DNA from: an uncultured candidate division Zixibacteria bacterium
GTDB lineage: Bacteria; Zixibacteria; MSB-5A5; GN15; FEB-12
Direction of reading: 5' to 3'
NCBI GenBank assembly: GCA_963664195.1
Contig: OY760907.1
Span: forward strand, 2,016,001 to 2,080,000
DNA: 64,000 nt
The stretch's first letter is position 1. Each line of letters begins with the position of its first letter. Positions 8,341-17,935 of the stretch are shown here, one piece after another. The position numbers and the translations under genes are program-made. The notes below the pieces were generated by a model that was not told the DNA's origin, did no database searches, and was given only the letters and a program-made list of their open reading frames with translations.

Positions 8341-9921
8341 ATGTTCAAGCGTCATGTGCTGCTTGCAGCAATCTCAGTCCTCACACTCACAGCAGTATCC
8401 TTCGCTGCGACAATTGACGTTCCGGCCGATCAACCCACCATCCAGGCCGGAATCAATGCCGCCATAGACGGAGACACGGTCCTGATTGCCGACGGGACCT
8501 ACACCGGCGACGGCAACCGGGAGGTAGTTGTGACCGGCAAACAGATTGTCATCAAGGGAGCTAACGGACCAGACGCGGTGATTGTCTTCTGCGCAGATAC
8601 CGTGGCTCAGCAGAGGTACCGGGGGCTGAGTTTCCTGGGAGCGGCTGCATCCGGATCAATCATTGAGGGCATTACGATCACTGACGCCTTTGCGGACACC
8701 GGTTCGGCCGTCTACGCCGAGGATGCGTCGTTGTCGTTCAACAACTGCAAGTTTGCCAACAGCGGGCTTTCCGACGACTATTCCTACACGCCTTATGCAG
8801 GCGGTGGCGGTTTTTTCCGTCGTTGCCCGGAAGTGTCTTTCGATGCCTGTAGTTTCGAGAAGTGCGAAGGGGACGGAGGCGGAGGTTTCTTCGCTGACAG
8901 TTGTGGGATCGTGACAGTGGCCGAATGCGAGTTTATCGAGAATTACTCTGACGGTGTCATGGGTTTTGATGCCAAGACCGGCGGCTGTGCGATGTTGCGA
9001 GCGTGTGACTCGGTGTATTTCCATGATTGTCTCTTTCAGGGAAACTGGGGCGACGGTGCCAGCTATGTGAGTCATTTTGGTACGCCCGGAGTGGCCTCGC
9101 TAGGATCGAATCTCTGGATTCACTCCAGTTTGTTCGATCACAATCATTCCTACGCCTGGGACAACTCCGGCACAAGTGTCTGGGCTATGAACGGGTCGCT
9201 GGAACTGGCCGGATGCACGTTCTACAACAACGAGAGCTACGGGTTTGCGTACTCCGGCGTGGTATACGTCCGGACTGATGATGCACTGATCCGCAACTGC
9301 ATCTTTGCTTTCAACGACGTTCCCGATCCGGTGATCGGCTACTATGACTGTCTTCCTCCTGTTCTGGAGTGCAGCAACGTATACGGCAACACGGTCGGCA
9401 AATGGCACCCGGATATGACCGACTACTTCATCCAGACCGACAACATCTCCAACGATCCGCTCTTCTGTGATGCCGAGAACGGTGATTTCACGGTCGGCGA
9501 TGCCTCGTACTGTCTTCCGGCCAACAATGAATGCGGAGAACTGATGGGCGCGTTTGGGCAAGGTTGCACGGGCTGCTTCGATGTGGACAACGACGGTCAC
9601 TGCTTTGCGGAAGACAACTGCCCCGACTGGCCGAATTCAGGTCAGGCGGACGCGGACGGCATGGGGCTCGGCGACGCCTGCTGTGCCTGCGAATGTCCGA
9701 CCCTGGGCAATATCGACGGCAGCGATGACTGTCTGGTGACCATGTCCGATCTCACCGCGATCATTTCGCACCTGTTTATTCTTATTGAGCCGTATGACTG
9801 CCCGGCGGCGGCCAATGTCGACGAGAGTATCGACGGTTTTGTGACGATGGGTGACCTGACTATTCTGATAGATCATCTGTTTATTAGTCTAGACCCGTTG
9901 CCTCCCTGTACGATGCGGTAG
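8341..9921 (+). CDS. Secreted right-handed parallel beta-helix protein with dockerin-like tail
   Basis: ATG 8341 with GGGAGG RBS; ATIDVPADQPTIQAGI..GDTVLIADGTY start; GGG/FxxN repeats; DPLFC..GDF motif; dockerin-like tail. Confidence 0.85.
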   Translation: MFKRHVLLAAISVLTLTAVSFAATIDVPADQPTIQAGINAAIDGDTVLIADGTYTGDGNREVVVTGKQIVIKGANGPDAVIVFCADTVAQQRYRGLSFLGAAASGSIIEGITITDAFADTGSAVYAEDASLSFNNCKFANSGLSDDYSYTPYAGGGGFFRRCPEVSFDACSFEKCEGDGGGGFFADSCGIVTVAECEFIENYSDGVMGFDAKTGGCAMLRACDSVYFHDCLFQGNWGDGASYVSHFGTPGVASLGSNLWIHSSLFDHNHSYAWDNSGTSVWAMNGSLELAGCTFYNNESYGFAYSGVVYVRTDDALIRNCIFAFNDVPDPVIGYYDCLPPVLECSNVYGNTVGKWHPDMTDYFIQTDNISNDPLFCDAENGDFTVGDASYCLPANNECGELMGAFGQGCTGCFDVDNDGHCFAEDNCPDWPNSGQADADGMGLGDACCACECPTLGNIDGSDDCLVTMSDLTAIISHLFILIEPYDCPAAANVDESIDGFVTMGDLTILIDHLFISLDPLPPCTMR

Positions 9922-9967
9922 GGTTGAGTAACATCGGAAAAGCATCGCTATAGAAAGGAGTCTGAAA

Positions 9968-11956
9968 ATGAGACACATTCTTCTGTATGTGGTAACAGTC
10001 CTGGTTCTCGCATCGACTGCCCTGGCTGCTACAATCAACGTTCCGGCTGACCAGCCCACCATTCAGGCCGGAATCGATGCCGCCACACAGGGAGACACAG
10101 TTCTCATCGCCGACGGAACCTATACCGGCGACGGCAACCGTGACATTAACTTCGGCGGCAAAGAGATCGTTGTAAGATCTGCCAGTGGGGCGGATGCGGT
10201 TACTATTGACTGCGAGGCCGACTGGCACACGGAGCGGCACAGGGGATTTATTTTTGACTCTGGCGAAACGGCGCTAACGGTGCTTGACGGAGTGACCGTC
10301 ACAGATGCCGCAGCAGACACCGGTGCCTGCGTGCTTGTGAGAGGAACTTCGCCGACGGTCAAGGGGTGCCGTTTTGTGAACAGCGGGTACGGCGACGCCT
10401 ACTCCGGGCACGAAATGGCTGGTGGCGGTGTAGCTTGTCTGGACAACGCGGGAGCAAGCTTCACAAGCTGTTACTTTGGGTCAAACCAGGCGCAATCGGG
10501 GGGAGGAATCTACGTAGAGAACAGTTCAAACGTGACCGTTGATTCCTGCTTGTTTGAGGCCAACTGGACCGGCGGTTGGCTGTTGGTGAACGACGGGATT
10601 CGAAACGGGGGTGCGGCCTGTTTGTACCAGTCCGACGTTTCTTTTACGGCTTGTCGATTCATTCGTAACTGGGGCGATAGTCACCTGGGAGGTCTTGGCA
10701 GTGCCGGCGCGGTGTCATACGAATCTTCACCATCCTTCTCTTTCTGCGAGTTTGCGCGCGATTCTCTCTGGGGCGACTACGCATCCTCCGGCCTAGCGCT
10801 TTGGTTTGCTGAAGGTGCGCCGGTTATTGAGAATTGCACGTTCTTCGCGAACAAGGGGCACAGGTGGGTGTCGGTCGTCTACGGTGTTCATGCCTTCATG
10901 ACGATCCGAAACTGCCTGTTTGTCGGTAACAATCTTGAGGATCCGGTCATTCGCTGGGACTCTCCCACTACTATCGAATGCACCAATATCTACGGCAACT
11001 CCGGGGGAGACTGGGTCGGTGATCTGGCCCCGTTCTTTCAGCAGGACGGCAACTTTTCTGCCGATCCGCTCTTCTGCGATCCTGAGAACGGGGACTTCAC
11101 TCTCGGCGATGTCTCGCCGTGTCTTCCTGCCAACAACGAATGCGGCGTACAGATCGGTGCTTACGGTCAAGGTTGCACGGGGTGCTTTGACATCGATGAG
11201 GACAGCCATTGCTACGTTGACGACAACTGCCCCGACGTGTATAACCCCGGACAGGAAGATGCCGATGGCGTTGGTCTTGGAGATGCCTGTTGCTGTGTAT
11301 GCCCGACTGTGGGCAATATCGACGGTAGCGCGGACTGCCTGGTCACGATGGCCGATCTTACCTCGATCATTTCGCACCTGTTTATTCTTATTGAGCCGTA
11401 CGACTGCCCACCGTCTGCCAACGTTGACGGGAGTCCTGACGGACTGGTGACGATGGGTGACTTGACCGTACTGATCGATCATCTGTTCATCAGCCTTCAG
11501 CCGCTGGGGCCGTGCAACCCGGTGGGTGCGTCTTCTTCTGCGTTGCTTACGGGGCATTCGGCATGTAAGGGGGAGGATCAACAGGCGGGAGCCGCAGCGA
11601 GTTTCTCCCTGGAGAGCTGTATCGATTGGAGCTATTCAGGCTCGACGTTGAATTTCACGCACCGCGATGCCGGGTTCAACTGCTGTCCCGTTATTCTGGC
11701 CGACATCACGGTCGACAACAATGTCATTACAGTCACCGAGATTGACTCGCTTTTCGAGGGCGGGTGCTGGTGTGAGTGTCTTTACGACGTTGACTACCAG
11801 ATTACCGGTTTGGCGGCGGGAGAATACCAGATAGTCATAGAGTCCCCGTACAGACCTGCCGGAGACGAAGTACTGGATGTCACGATTGATCTCATCACGG
11901 AGCCAACCGGATCGCACTGTGTTCCCCGGAGTCAGTATCCGTGGAGTGATCTGTAG
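9968..11956 (+). CDS. Secreted beta-helix protein with dockerin-like and Cys-rich C-terminal domains (paralog of the 8341 gene)
   Basis: Same N-terminus and dockerin as the 8341 gene, plus the AGFNCCP domain seen in the 7150 gene. Confidence 0.85.
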   Translation: MRHILLYVVTVLVLASTALAATINVPADQPTIQAGIDAATQGDTVLIADGTYTGDGNRDINFGGKEIVVRSASGADAVTIDCEADWHTERHRGFIFDSGETALTVLDGVTVTDAAADTGACVLVRGTSPTVKGCRFVNSGYGDAYSGHEMAGGGVACLDNAGASFTSCYFGSNQAQSGGGIYVENSSNVTVDSCLFEANWTGGWLLVNDGIRNGGAACLYQSDVSFTACRFIRNWGDSHLGGLGSAGAVSYESSPSFSFCEFARDSLWGDYASSGLALWFAEGAPVIENCTFFANKGHRWVSVVYGVHAFMTIRNCLFVGNNLEDPVIRWDSPTTIECTNIYGNSGGDWVGDLAPFFQQDGNFSADPLFCDPENGDFTLGDVSPCLPANNECGVQIGAYGQGCTGCFDIDEDSHCYVDDNCPDVYNPGQEDADGVGLGDACCCVCPTVGNIDGSADCLVTMADLTSIISHLFILIEPYDCPPSANVDGSPDGLVTMGDLTVLIDHLFISLQPLGPCNPVGASSSALLTGHSACKGEDQQAGAAASFSLESCIDWSYSGSTLNFTHRDAGFNCCPVILADITVDNNVITVTEIDSLFEGGCWCECLYDVDYQITGLAAGEYQIVIESPYRPAGDEVLDVTIDLITEPTGSHCVPRSQYPWSDL

Positions 11957-11980
11957 GGTCAGATCCGAAAGCAATGTTCT

Positions 11981-12013
11981 AAGCCGGTCCTGCTCAGAGG
12001 GACCGGCTTTTTT
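11981..12013 (+). terminator. Intrinsic terminator
   Basis: AAGCCGGTCC-loop-GGACCGGCTT plus T-tract. Confidence 0.8.
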
Positions 12014-12112
12014 GTGCCGTCGAATGTGATTTGACTCGTTTGCGAAACACCTATCTTATGAGGAACGTGATGCCACATGTCTTTGTTAATAAGTACAGGA
12101 GAGACATATTGT

Positions 12113-14371
12113 ATGTGGGCAAAAGACGATATCCAACTGACAGATAACGCGCTCACGGTGCTCGAACGACGCTACCTCGTCAAGGATCATGAGGGGCGCG
12201 CAATCGAGACACCGCGCGAGCTTTTCATACGGGTAGCCCGGTTCATTGCCGAGGCTGACCGCAACTACGGAGCCGATGACACGCAGATCGACAAAACCGC
12301 AGCCGGATTCTATAACTTGATGTCATCCCTGTCGTTTCTGCCGAATTCGCCGACCCTCATGAACGCCGGGCGGCCTCTCGGGCAGCTCTCGGCCTGTTTT
12401 GTGCTTCCGATAGGCGACTCGATGGAAGAGATATTCGAGGCCAACAAAAACGCCGCACTCATTCACAAGTCAGGCGGCGGCACGGGGTTTTCTTTCTCTC
12501 GCCTGCGCCCGAAGAACTCAATTGTCGCTTCGACAAAGGGTGTCGCATCCGGTCCTATCTCGTTCATGAAAGTGATTGACTCCTCGACCGATGCCGTCAA
12601 GCAGGGGGGAGCGCGTCGCGGGGCCAACATGGGGGTTCTTCGTGTTGACCATCCGGATATTATGGAATTCATTGCCTGCAAGGAAGACACCTCCCAGGTA
12701 ACCAATTTCAATATCTCAGTGGGTGTCACAGACGCTTTCATGGAGGCAGTGGATAAGGGAGAGGAGTACCCGCTTCACAACCCGCAAACAAACGCCACGC
12801 ATCAGGAAGACGGCAAGGACGTCTCTCTTAACGCCCGCGAGGTTTTCGACCGCATTGTCGATCACGCCTGGGCGACCGGCGAACCGGGAGTCATCTTTCT
12901 CGATCGGATGAACCGACGCAACCCGACCTATCCGCATGAGACCATCGAGGCCACTAATCCGTGTGGCGAGCAGCCGTTGCCACCGTACGATTCCTGCAAT
13001 CTCGGCTCGCTCAATCTCGACAAGTTCATCCGATCACCGCTGCCAGACAACTACGTTATCAGCTCCGCAGCCGACGGCGTCGATTGGGACCGGCTCGCAG
13101 CCGCCGTTCGCACCGCCGTACATTTCCTCGACAACGTGATCGACCAGAATGTGTATCCGATGCCCGAGATCGAAGAACAGACGCACAAGAATCGGCGCAT
13201 CGGGCTTGGCGTTATGGGATTCGCCGACATGCTCGTCAGGCTCAGACTGCCGTACGGCTCGCCTGAGTCGCTTGGTCTGGCCGAGAGGCTTCAGGAGTTC
13301 ATCTCTACCGAGGCCCGCAAGCATTCTTCCGAACTGGCCAAACATCGGGGCAAGTTCCCGAACTGGGAGCACTCGGTTTATGCGTCAGAATCGGTCTCGA
13401 TGCGTAACGCCACCGTTACGACTATCGCGCCCACCGGGACGATTTCAATTATCGCGGGTTGTTCCTCAGGCATCGAACCGTATTACTCACTGGCGTATGA
13501 ACGCAACGTGCTCGACGGCACCCGTCTTGTCGAAGTGAATCCGTATTTTGAGCAGGCTGCGCACGAGGGCGGATTCTACTCCGACGAGCTTGTCGCAACT
13601 GTCGCATCGCGGCGATCGATCAACGATCTCGAACAGGTACCGGATAATATCAAGGCGCTCTTTCTGACCGCAGCTGACGTCTCACCGCAGAGCCATGTGG
13701 AGATGCAGGCGAGATTCCAGAAGCACTGCGATTCCTCGGTGTCGAAAACGGTCAACCTTCCCGAATCTGCCACTCCCGCCGATGTTCGCAACATCTATCT
13801 CAGCGCGTACAGGCTCGGCTGCAAGGGTGTGACCATCTACCGGGACAACTCTCGTCCCGATCAGGTGCTGTCACCGATAAAGGCCGGGAGCGCAGAGGAG
13901 GCCGGGAGCCGTGCGCCGATAGTCGCCGAACGCCCGACCGTCTTGCAGGGTTTTACGGAGAAGATCCGCACCGGCTACGGCAACCTGTACGTGACGGTGA
14001 ACCTGCGAGACGGCCGCCCGTTCGAGGTCTTTGCACAGATCGGGAAATCCGGCTACACGACCATGGCCGACACGGAGGCTATTTGTCGGATGATCTCTCT
14101 GGCCTTCAGATCAGGCATTCCGGCGGGGCCGGTCGTGCGGCAGCTTCGGGGGATCGGCGGGTCGAGTCAGGTGTATGTCAAGGGAGGACGAGTCTCCTCG
14201 ATCCCGGATGCGATCGCACAGGTCCTGGAAAAACGGCTCTGCGAAGGGGGATGTGTCGAGGGGGCAGGGCCCCACACTGTGTCGAAGGAGATTTGCCCGT
14301 CCTGCGGCGACGCCATGCTGTTTGATTCCGGTTGCTATTGTTGCCATTCCTGCGGTTATTCCACCTGTTAG
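12113..14371 (+). CDS. nrdJ: Class II adenosylcobalamin-dependent ribonucleotide reductase with C-terminal TSCPD and Zn-ribbon
   Basis: FLPNSPTLMNAG, QLSACFV, ATNPCGEQPL, TIAPTGTIS, SVSKTVN, KGVTIYRD, SSIPDAIA, terminal CPSC..CHSCGYSTC. ATG 12113 follows AGGAG. Confidence 0.95.
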   Translation: MWAKDDIQLTDNALTVLERRYLVKDHEGRAIETPRELFIRVARFIAEADRNYGADDTQIDKTAAGFYNLMSSLSFLPNSPTLMNAGRPLGQLSACFVLPIGDSMEEIFEANKNAALIHKSGGGTGFSFSRLRPKNSIVASTKGVASGPISFMKVIDSSTDAVKQGGARRGANMGVLRVDHPDIMEFIACKEDTSQVTNFNISVGVTDAFMEAVDKGEEYPLHNPQTNATHQEDGKDVSLNAREVFDRIVDHAWATGEPGVIFLDRMNRRNPTYPHETIEATNPCGEQPLPPYDSCNLGSLNLDKFIRSPLPDNYVISSAADGVDWDRLAAAVRTAVHFLDNVIDQNVYPMPEIEEQTHKNRRIGLGVMGFADMLVRLRLPYGSPESLGLAERLQEFISTEARKHSSELAKHRGKFPNWEHSVYASESVSMRNATVTTIAPTGTISIIAGCSSGIEPYYSLAYERNVLDGTRLVEVNPYFEQAAHEGGFYSDELVATVASRRSINDLEQVPDNIKALFLTAADVSPQSHVEMQARFQKHCDSSVSKTVNLPESATPADVRNIYLSAYRLGCKGVTIYRDNSRPDQVLSPIKAGSAEEAGSRAPIVAERPTVLQGFTEKIRTGYGNLYVTVNLRDGRPFEVFAQIGKSGYTTMADTEAICRMISLAFRSGIPAGPVVRQLRGIGGSSQVYVKGGRVSSIPDAIAQVLEKRLCEGGCVEGAGPHTVSKEICPSCGDAMLFDSGCYCCHSCGYSTC

Positions 14372-14425
14372 TTCTGCCGATATAGACAGGATAGGGGTGG
14401 ACTGTGTCCGCCTCGGAATAATATT

Positions 14426-15100
14426 ATGGCTAGCGCAGATTACATCCCGACCGGGCGGACATCCCTTGTCAAAAAGGGCAGTATTGCCTTGCAGGTACAG
14501 ACGGAGTACGCAAACCGTCCCAGCCCTCGCCTGACAACCACTGTTCTAAATTCGGGTCAGGTCGTGCATAAGATCGAACGACAACTTGATCAGCCGATTA
14601 GTTCCATAGAAGAGAAGAACCTGATGGAGACGACCATTCGGAAACAGCACTCCGAGGTCATCAAGATCATTCAGGCCAGCAAACAGCAGACATCCGTTGT
14701 TCCCGATCCGCCGAAGCCTGAGCCTGAAATCAAGTCCGTGTCGGAGCCGCCGGTTGTGGAAACTCCGTCCATGCATCTCACGACTGCCGAACGGCTCGAA
14801 AACCTGCCGGGGAGACCGCGAGTGTTCTACCTGGACAACAAGGGGAATTTCCGGGGGGCGGATGTCTCGAAGGAATTCAGAAAGACCTTCTCTTTTGTTT
14901 TCAAGAACCTTGCGGAGCTTATCAACATTTTCGCCGAAGTCCCGGGCGTTGGTTTGAGTCGAGAGCAGGGAGTCTACGAAGTCGAGCGCAACGTTCTGTA
15001 TCTGGTATCGAGCGGCACGGAAATGTATTTCGTTTACATTGAACGTCCGAACGTCTCGGTCAACTACGAGCAGGTAATCAAGGCGGCGCTGAAAGGGTAG
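14426..15100 (+). CDS. Conserved hypothetical protein
   Basis: 224-aa ORF with QVQTEYA..P.P.LTT N-terminal domain, Pro-rich linker and second domain. Confidence 0.75.
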   Translation: MASADYIPTGRTSLVKKGSIALQVQTEYANRPSPRLTTTVLNSGQVVHKIERQLDQPISSIEEKNLMETTIRKQHSEVIKIIQASKQQTSVVPDPPKPEPEIKSVSEPPVVETPSMHLTTAERLENLPGRPRVFYLDNKGNFRGADVSKEFRKTFSFVFKNLAELINIFAEVPGVGLSREQGVYEVERNVLYLVSSGTEMYFVYIERPNVSVNYEQVIKAALKG

Positions 15101-15261
15101 GTTTAGGGTTGCGGTCCATTCTCTGGTGCGGCACGGATTGTGCTCACTCTCCTGTTTCCCTGAAGTGTCGTAACTTTTTGTTGTACAGTGGCTTAGCGTG
15201 GCCCCTCTCTTTGTTTCACTATTCGCGAGTGTTTTTTATTTAGAAAAAGAGTAAAAAAGTG

Positions 15262-15290
15262 TTGACTTTTACCGATATGCTACGTATAAG
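15262..15290 (+). promoter_or_regulatory. Sigma70-type promoter with A-rich upstream element
   Basis: TTGACT-N17-TATAAG preceded by A-tracts. Confidence 0.6.
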
Positions 15291-15357
15291 GTAGTAACGG
15301 CTGGGGGATAGCACTTTATACATACGGTGTTTCTGTTGTCTTGCTCGCGGAGGACTC

Positions 15358-15702
15358 ATGTGCGAAGATTTTGGGTTCACTGGTTTCGGAGAAACAAATG
15401 ACGGCGAGGCTGTCGAGGAGCAGAAGCCTGAGGAAATCAGAGCCTTTTTCATGTTTGAGCAGTCCAAGGCTGCTGCTCACAAGAGAAAGGAAGAAGAGCG
15501 TACGGCGAGTCACTTGCGGAGGGTTGCGTCATGGTTGCTAGGCGGCTCTCTTGCCACATATGTGGTGCTGATCATTTTGGGAGTAAGCATTGAGAAAGGT
15601 GCGCCAGCCGATACATGGTGGACGGCGGCTGGCCCGATCGTAGGCTATCTCGTCCGTACTTTGTTCGACGGCGGGAACTCAAAGAACGAAAACAAGGAAT
15701 AG
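15358..15702 (+). CDS. Small membrane protein with two hydrophobic segments
   Basis: GGAGG RBS; acidic N-terminus followed by two hydrophobic segments. Confidence 0.7.
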   Translation: MCEDFGFTGFGETNDGEAVEEQKPEEIRAFFMFEQSKAAAHKRKEEERTASHLRRVASWLLGGSLATYVVLIILGVSIEKGAPADTWWTAAGPIVGYLVRTLFDGGNSKNENKE

Positions 15703-15728
15703 CTCTGGATACAAGGAGGGCTCAACAG

Positions 15729-15941
15729 ATGGCTAAGAAACAAAGACTACAGTTCGATCTTACGCCGGAAGCTATCGAGCAATTGGATCAGTTGAAAGAT
15801 CTTGCGGATGCATCCACTCGTGCAGATGTCATTCGGAAAGCGCTGCGCTTGTACAGTTGGTTTATAAGCGAACGCAATAGCGGAAGTGAGTTTGTTGTCC
15901 GGAAAGGTGATGATGAAAGCGAAGTGAAGATCTTGCTATAA
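15729..15941 (+). CDS. Ribbon-helix-helix (CopG-like) DNA-binding protein
   Basis: AGGAGG RBS; MAKKQRLQFDLTPEAIEQLDQLKDLADASTRADVIRKALRLY. Confidence 0.8.
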   Translation: MAKKQRLQFDLTPEAIEQLDQLKDLADASTRADVIRKALRLYSWFISERNSGSEFVVRKGDDESEVKILL

Positions 15942-15982
15942 CCGTATTTCCATTCTGAATCTGGGAAGAAAGTGGGGAGTCT

Positions 15983-16942
15983 GTGGGAAACAAGCTGGAG
16001 ATAGATAGAAAGGGAGCAGAGGAAACAGAGCCTAAGAGTGGTCCGGCACGAGTAAACATCGCAAACGAACGACCTGATGCCTCAATTGACACTGGTGTTG
16101 CGAGATACATCGTTAAGATGTTCGGGGCGGAAGGAAGGCACATTCAGCACGAACTAGTTGTACAGCTCAGGAAACTACTTGAAGCTGAACTCGATACCAG
16201 CATCGAGAAGACCGAAATCGATTTGTGGCTGGACAGTGACGGAGGTAACCTTCAGGCAACATACAAACTCGTCTTGTTGCTTCAATCGAAGTGTCGGACA
16301 CTGAGGATTGTAGTACCAGAATGGGCGAAGAGTGCAGCCACATTGTTGGCTATCGCAGGGGATGAGCTATACATGGGGGCGGATGCTGAGTTGGGCCCGC
16401 TTGACCCTCAGATACGGCATCCAGATCGGGACGACTGCAAGGTCTCTGCGAAGGACGTCAGCCAAGCAGCGGAGTATCTTCTCAAGATATCTCTGGAGAC
16501 AGCCATTCGTTGCGCTACCTGGCTCTATGATCTGGAGGCCTATTCCAAGGACGATGCTTTTCGTGTTGCCAGTGAGTTCACATCCAAACTCACTGCACCC
16601 ATGCTGTCCAAACTGGACCCGGTGCTCATGAATAGAGCGCGCTCAGAATTATTGGCCGTGGAGGACTACTGCAATCAGATTATGGATAAGAAGATAGGCA
16701 AGTTAGGCGACAAGTATCCTCCTGAGAAGAAGAAACTGCTACGCAAACTGCCCAAGAGGTTGCTCGCGTTCAACACTCACAGTTTTGTTATAGGGAGAGA
16801 GTTGACTGAAAAGATGGGCTTGGAAATAAGGCGGTTGCGGGATTACAAGTATCGAACGGAGCTTGTGAAGTTTGCCGATTGTGCGAATTCGAATGGCAAA
16901 GCCGTCTTGGAGGTAAAGAAGTGCGCGGGTGTATTGAATTGA
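15983..16942 (+). CDS. ClpP-class serine protease, SDH (Ser-Asp-His) family
   Basis: LWLDSDGG, VPEWAKSAATLLA, YMG..AELGPLDPQ and THSFVI motifs. Confidence 0.85.
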   Translation: MGNKLEIDRKGAEETEPKSGPARVNIANERPDASIDTGVARYIVKMFGAEGRHIQHELVVQLRKLLEAELDTSIEKTEIDLWLDSDGGNLQATYKLVLLLQSKCRTLRIVVPEWAKSAATLLAIAGDELYMGADAELGPLDPQIRHPDRDDCKVSAKDVSQAAEYLLKISLETAIRCATWLYDLEAYSKDDAFRVASEFTSKLTAPMLSKLDPVLMNRARSELLAVEDYCNQIMDKKIGKLGDKYPPEKKKLLRKLPKRLLAFNTHSFVIGRELTEKMGLEIRRLRDYKYRTELVKFADCANSNGKAVLEVKKCAGVLN

Positions 16943-16966
16943 TTCTCACGGGAGGTACGTCAGATA

Positions 16967-17179
16967 ATGTGCAATGCGATTGATGTCGAAACACACTCAG
17001 ATGCCGAAACAAGTGCCGAAGGCACAAGGTGCCTGGAAAATAGCGATGAGGTCGATCCCGCGGATTACCGTCGGACAACGACTATTCATCTGTTTCAAGG
17101 ACTTGTGGTATATCATGCAGCTGAATCAAATGATCCTGTAAGCCAGAAGATTCGCGAGATTTGGGCTTCCTCGAACTAG
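16967..17179 (+). CDS. Small acidic hypothetical protein
   Basis: GGGAGG RBS; 70 aa; lies between the protease gene and the terminator. Confidence 0.55.
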   Translation: MCNAIDVETHSDAETSAEGTRCLENSDEVDPADYRRTTTIHLFQGLVVYHAAESNDPVSQKIREIWASSN

Positions 17180-17211
17180 CCGACGATCTCGAAGAGTGTT
17201 CATGTCCAAGA

Positions 17212-17238
17212 GAAAAACCCGCCAGAGGCGGGCTTTTT
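17212..17238 (+). terminator. Intrinsic terminator
   Basis: AAAAACCCGCC-AGA-GGCGGGCTTTTT. Confidence 0.75.
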
Positions 17239-17560
17239 CATTTGCTGGAGAGAGAGTCGAAATTTGAAAGAACCTCCACGCTACCATAAGGTAAAGGGTT
17301 TTTACAGCCACTCCGCGCGTTTAGTTTTCGCTATCAACCTCACGGCCGGGTCACGGCGTTAACGCAGCACAAAAGAAACGACCTTCATACGTGAATTGTT
17401 AGAAGTTTTCAAATGACGGTACTCTCTCCAAATCTTGTGATCGTAACTGTTACTAATATACGGCAAGCCCCCCCTGTCGTACAAGGTTTAACTTGAGTTC
17501 TTGCCAAACCTTCTCCCATTTAATATGTTCTTGCAAGCTTTTTGACTTGCAGCGAACACC

Positions 17561-17935
17561 ATGACTGAATCCATTGGTATCGACATAGTAGAGACTGACA
17601 GAATCCGCCGGGCGTTGGATCGTTTCGGCGACCGCTTCCGTAATCGGATTCTCGGTGACAGAGAACTGTCCCAATATGAACGCCGCTCCGATCGCGCTGT
17701 ATTTCTTGCCGGGCGATTTGCCTGCAAGGAGGCAGTGGTGAAAGCGCTGGGGAAATACATCAAGGATCGTCCCACGCTATCGAGTATTCAGATTGTCAAC
17801 GATGATACCGGGCAGCCCGAAGTGTCATTTCCTGACGAGCTTGCCGAGCAACTCAAGCACGTGCGGTTTCTTGTCTCGATCAGTCACGAAAAACATTATG
17901 CGGTAGCAATGGCCGTAACTTCGGAGACCAAATGA
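17561..17935 (+). CDS. acpS: Holo-[acyl-carrier-protein] synthase
   Basis: IGIDIVE, LAGRFACKEAVVKALG, SISHE. Confidence 0.95.
   Translation: MTESIGIDIVETDRIRRALDRFGDRFRNRILGDRELSQYERRSDRAVFLAGRFACKEAVVKALGKYIKDRPTLSSIQIVNDDTGQPEVSFPDELAEQLKHVRFLVSISHEKHYAVAMAVTSETK

Noticed and set aside
9700..11500. Possible diversity-generating retroelement TR/VR pair
   Set aside because: Both copies are coding, differences are mostly synonymous and not adenine-specific, and no reverse transcriptase is present in the window.
12040..12115. NrdR boxes or cobalamin riboswitch upstream of nrdJ
   Set aside because: Only weak partial matches to the NrdR palindrome, and too little space and no conserved B12-box for a riboswitch.
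15165..17450. att sites or direct repeats flanking the protease cassette (TCGTAACT at about 15168 and 17441)
   Set aside because: An 8-bp match is too short to distinguish from chance, and no recombinase is nearby.
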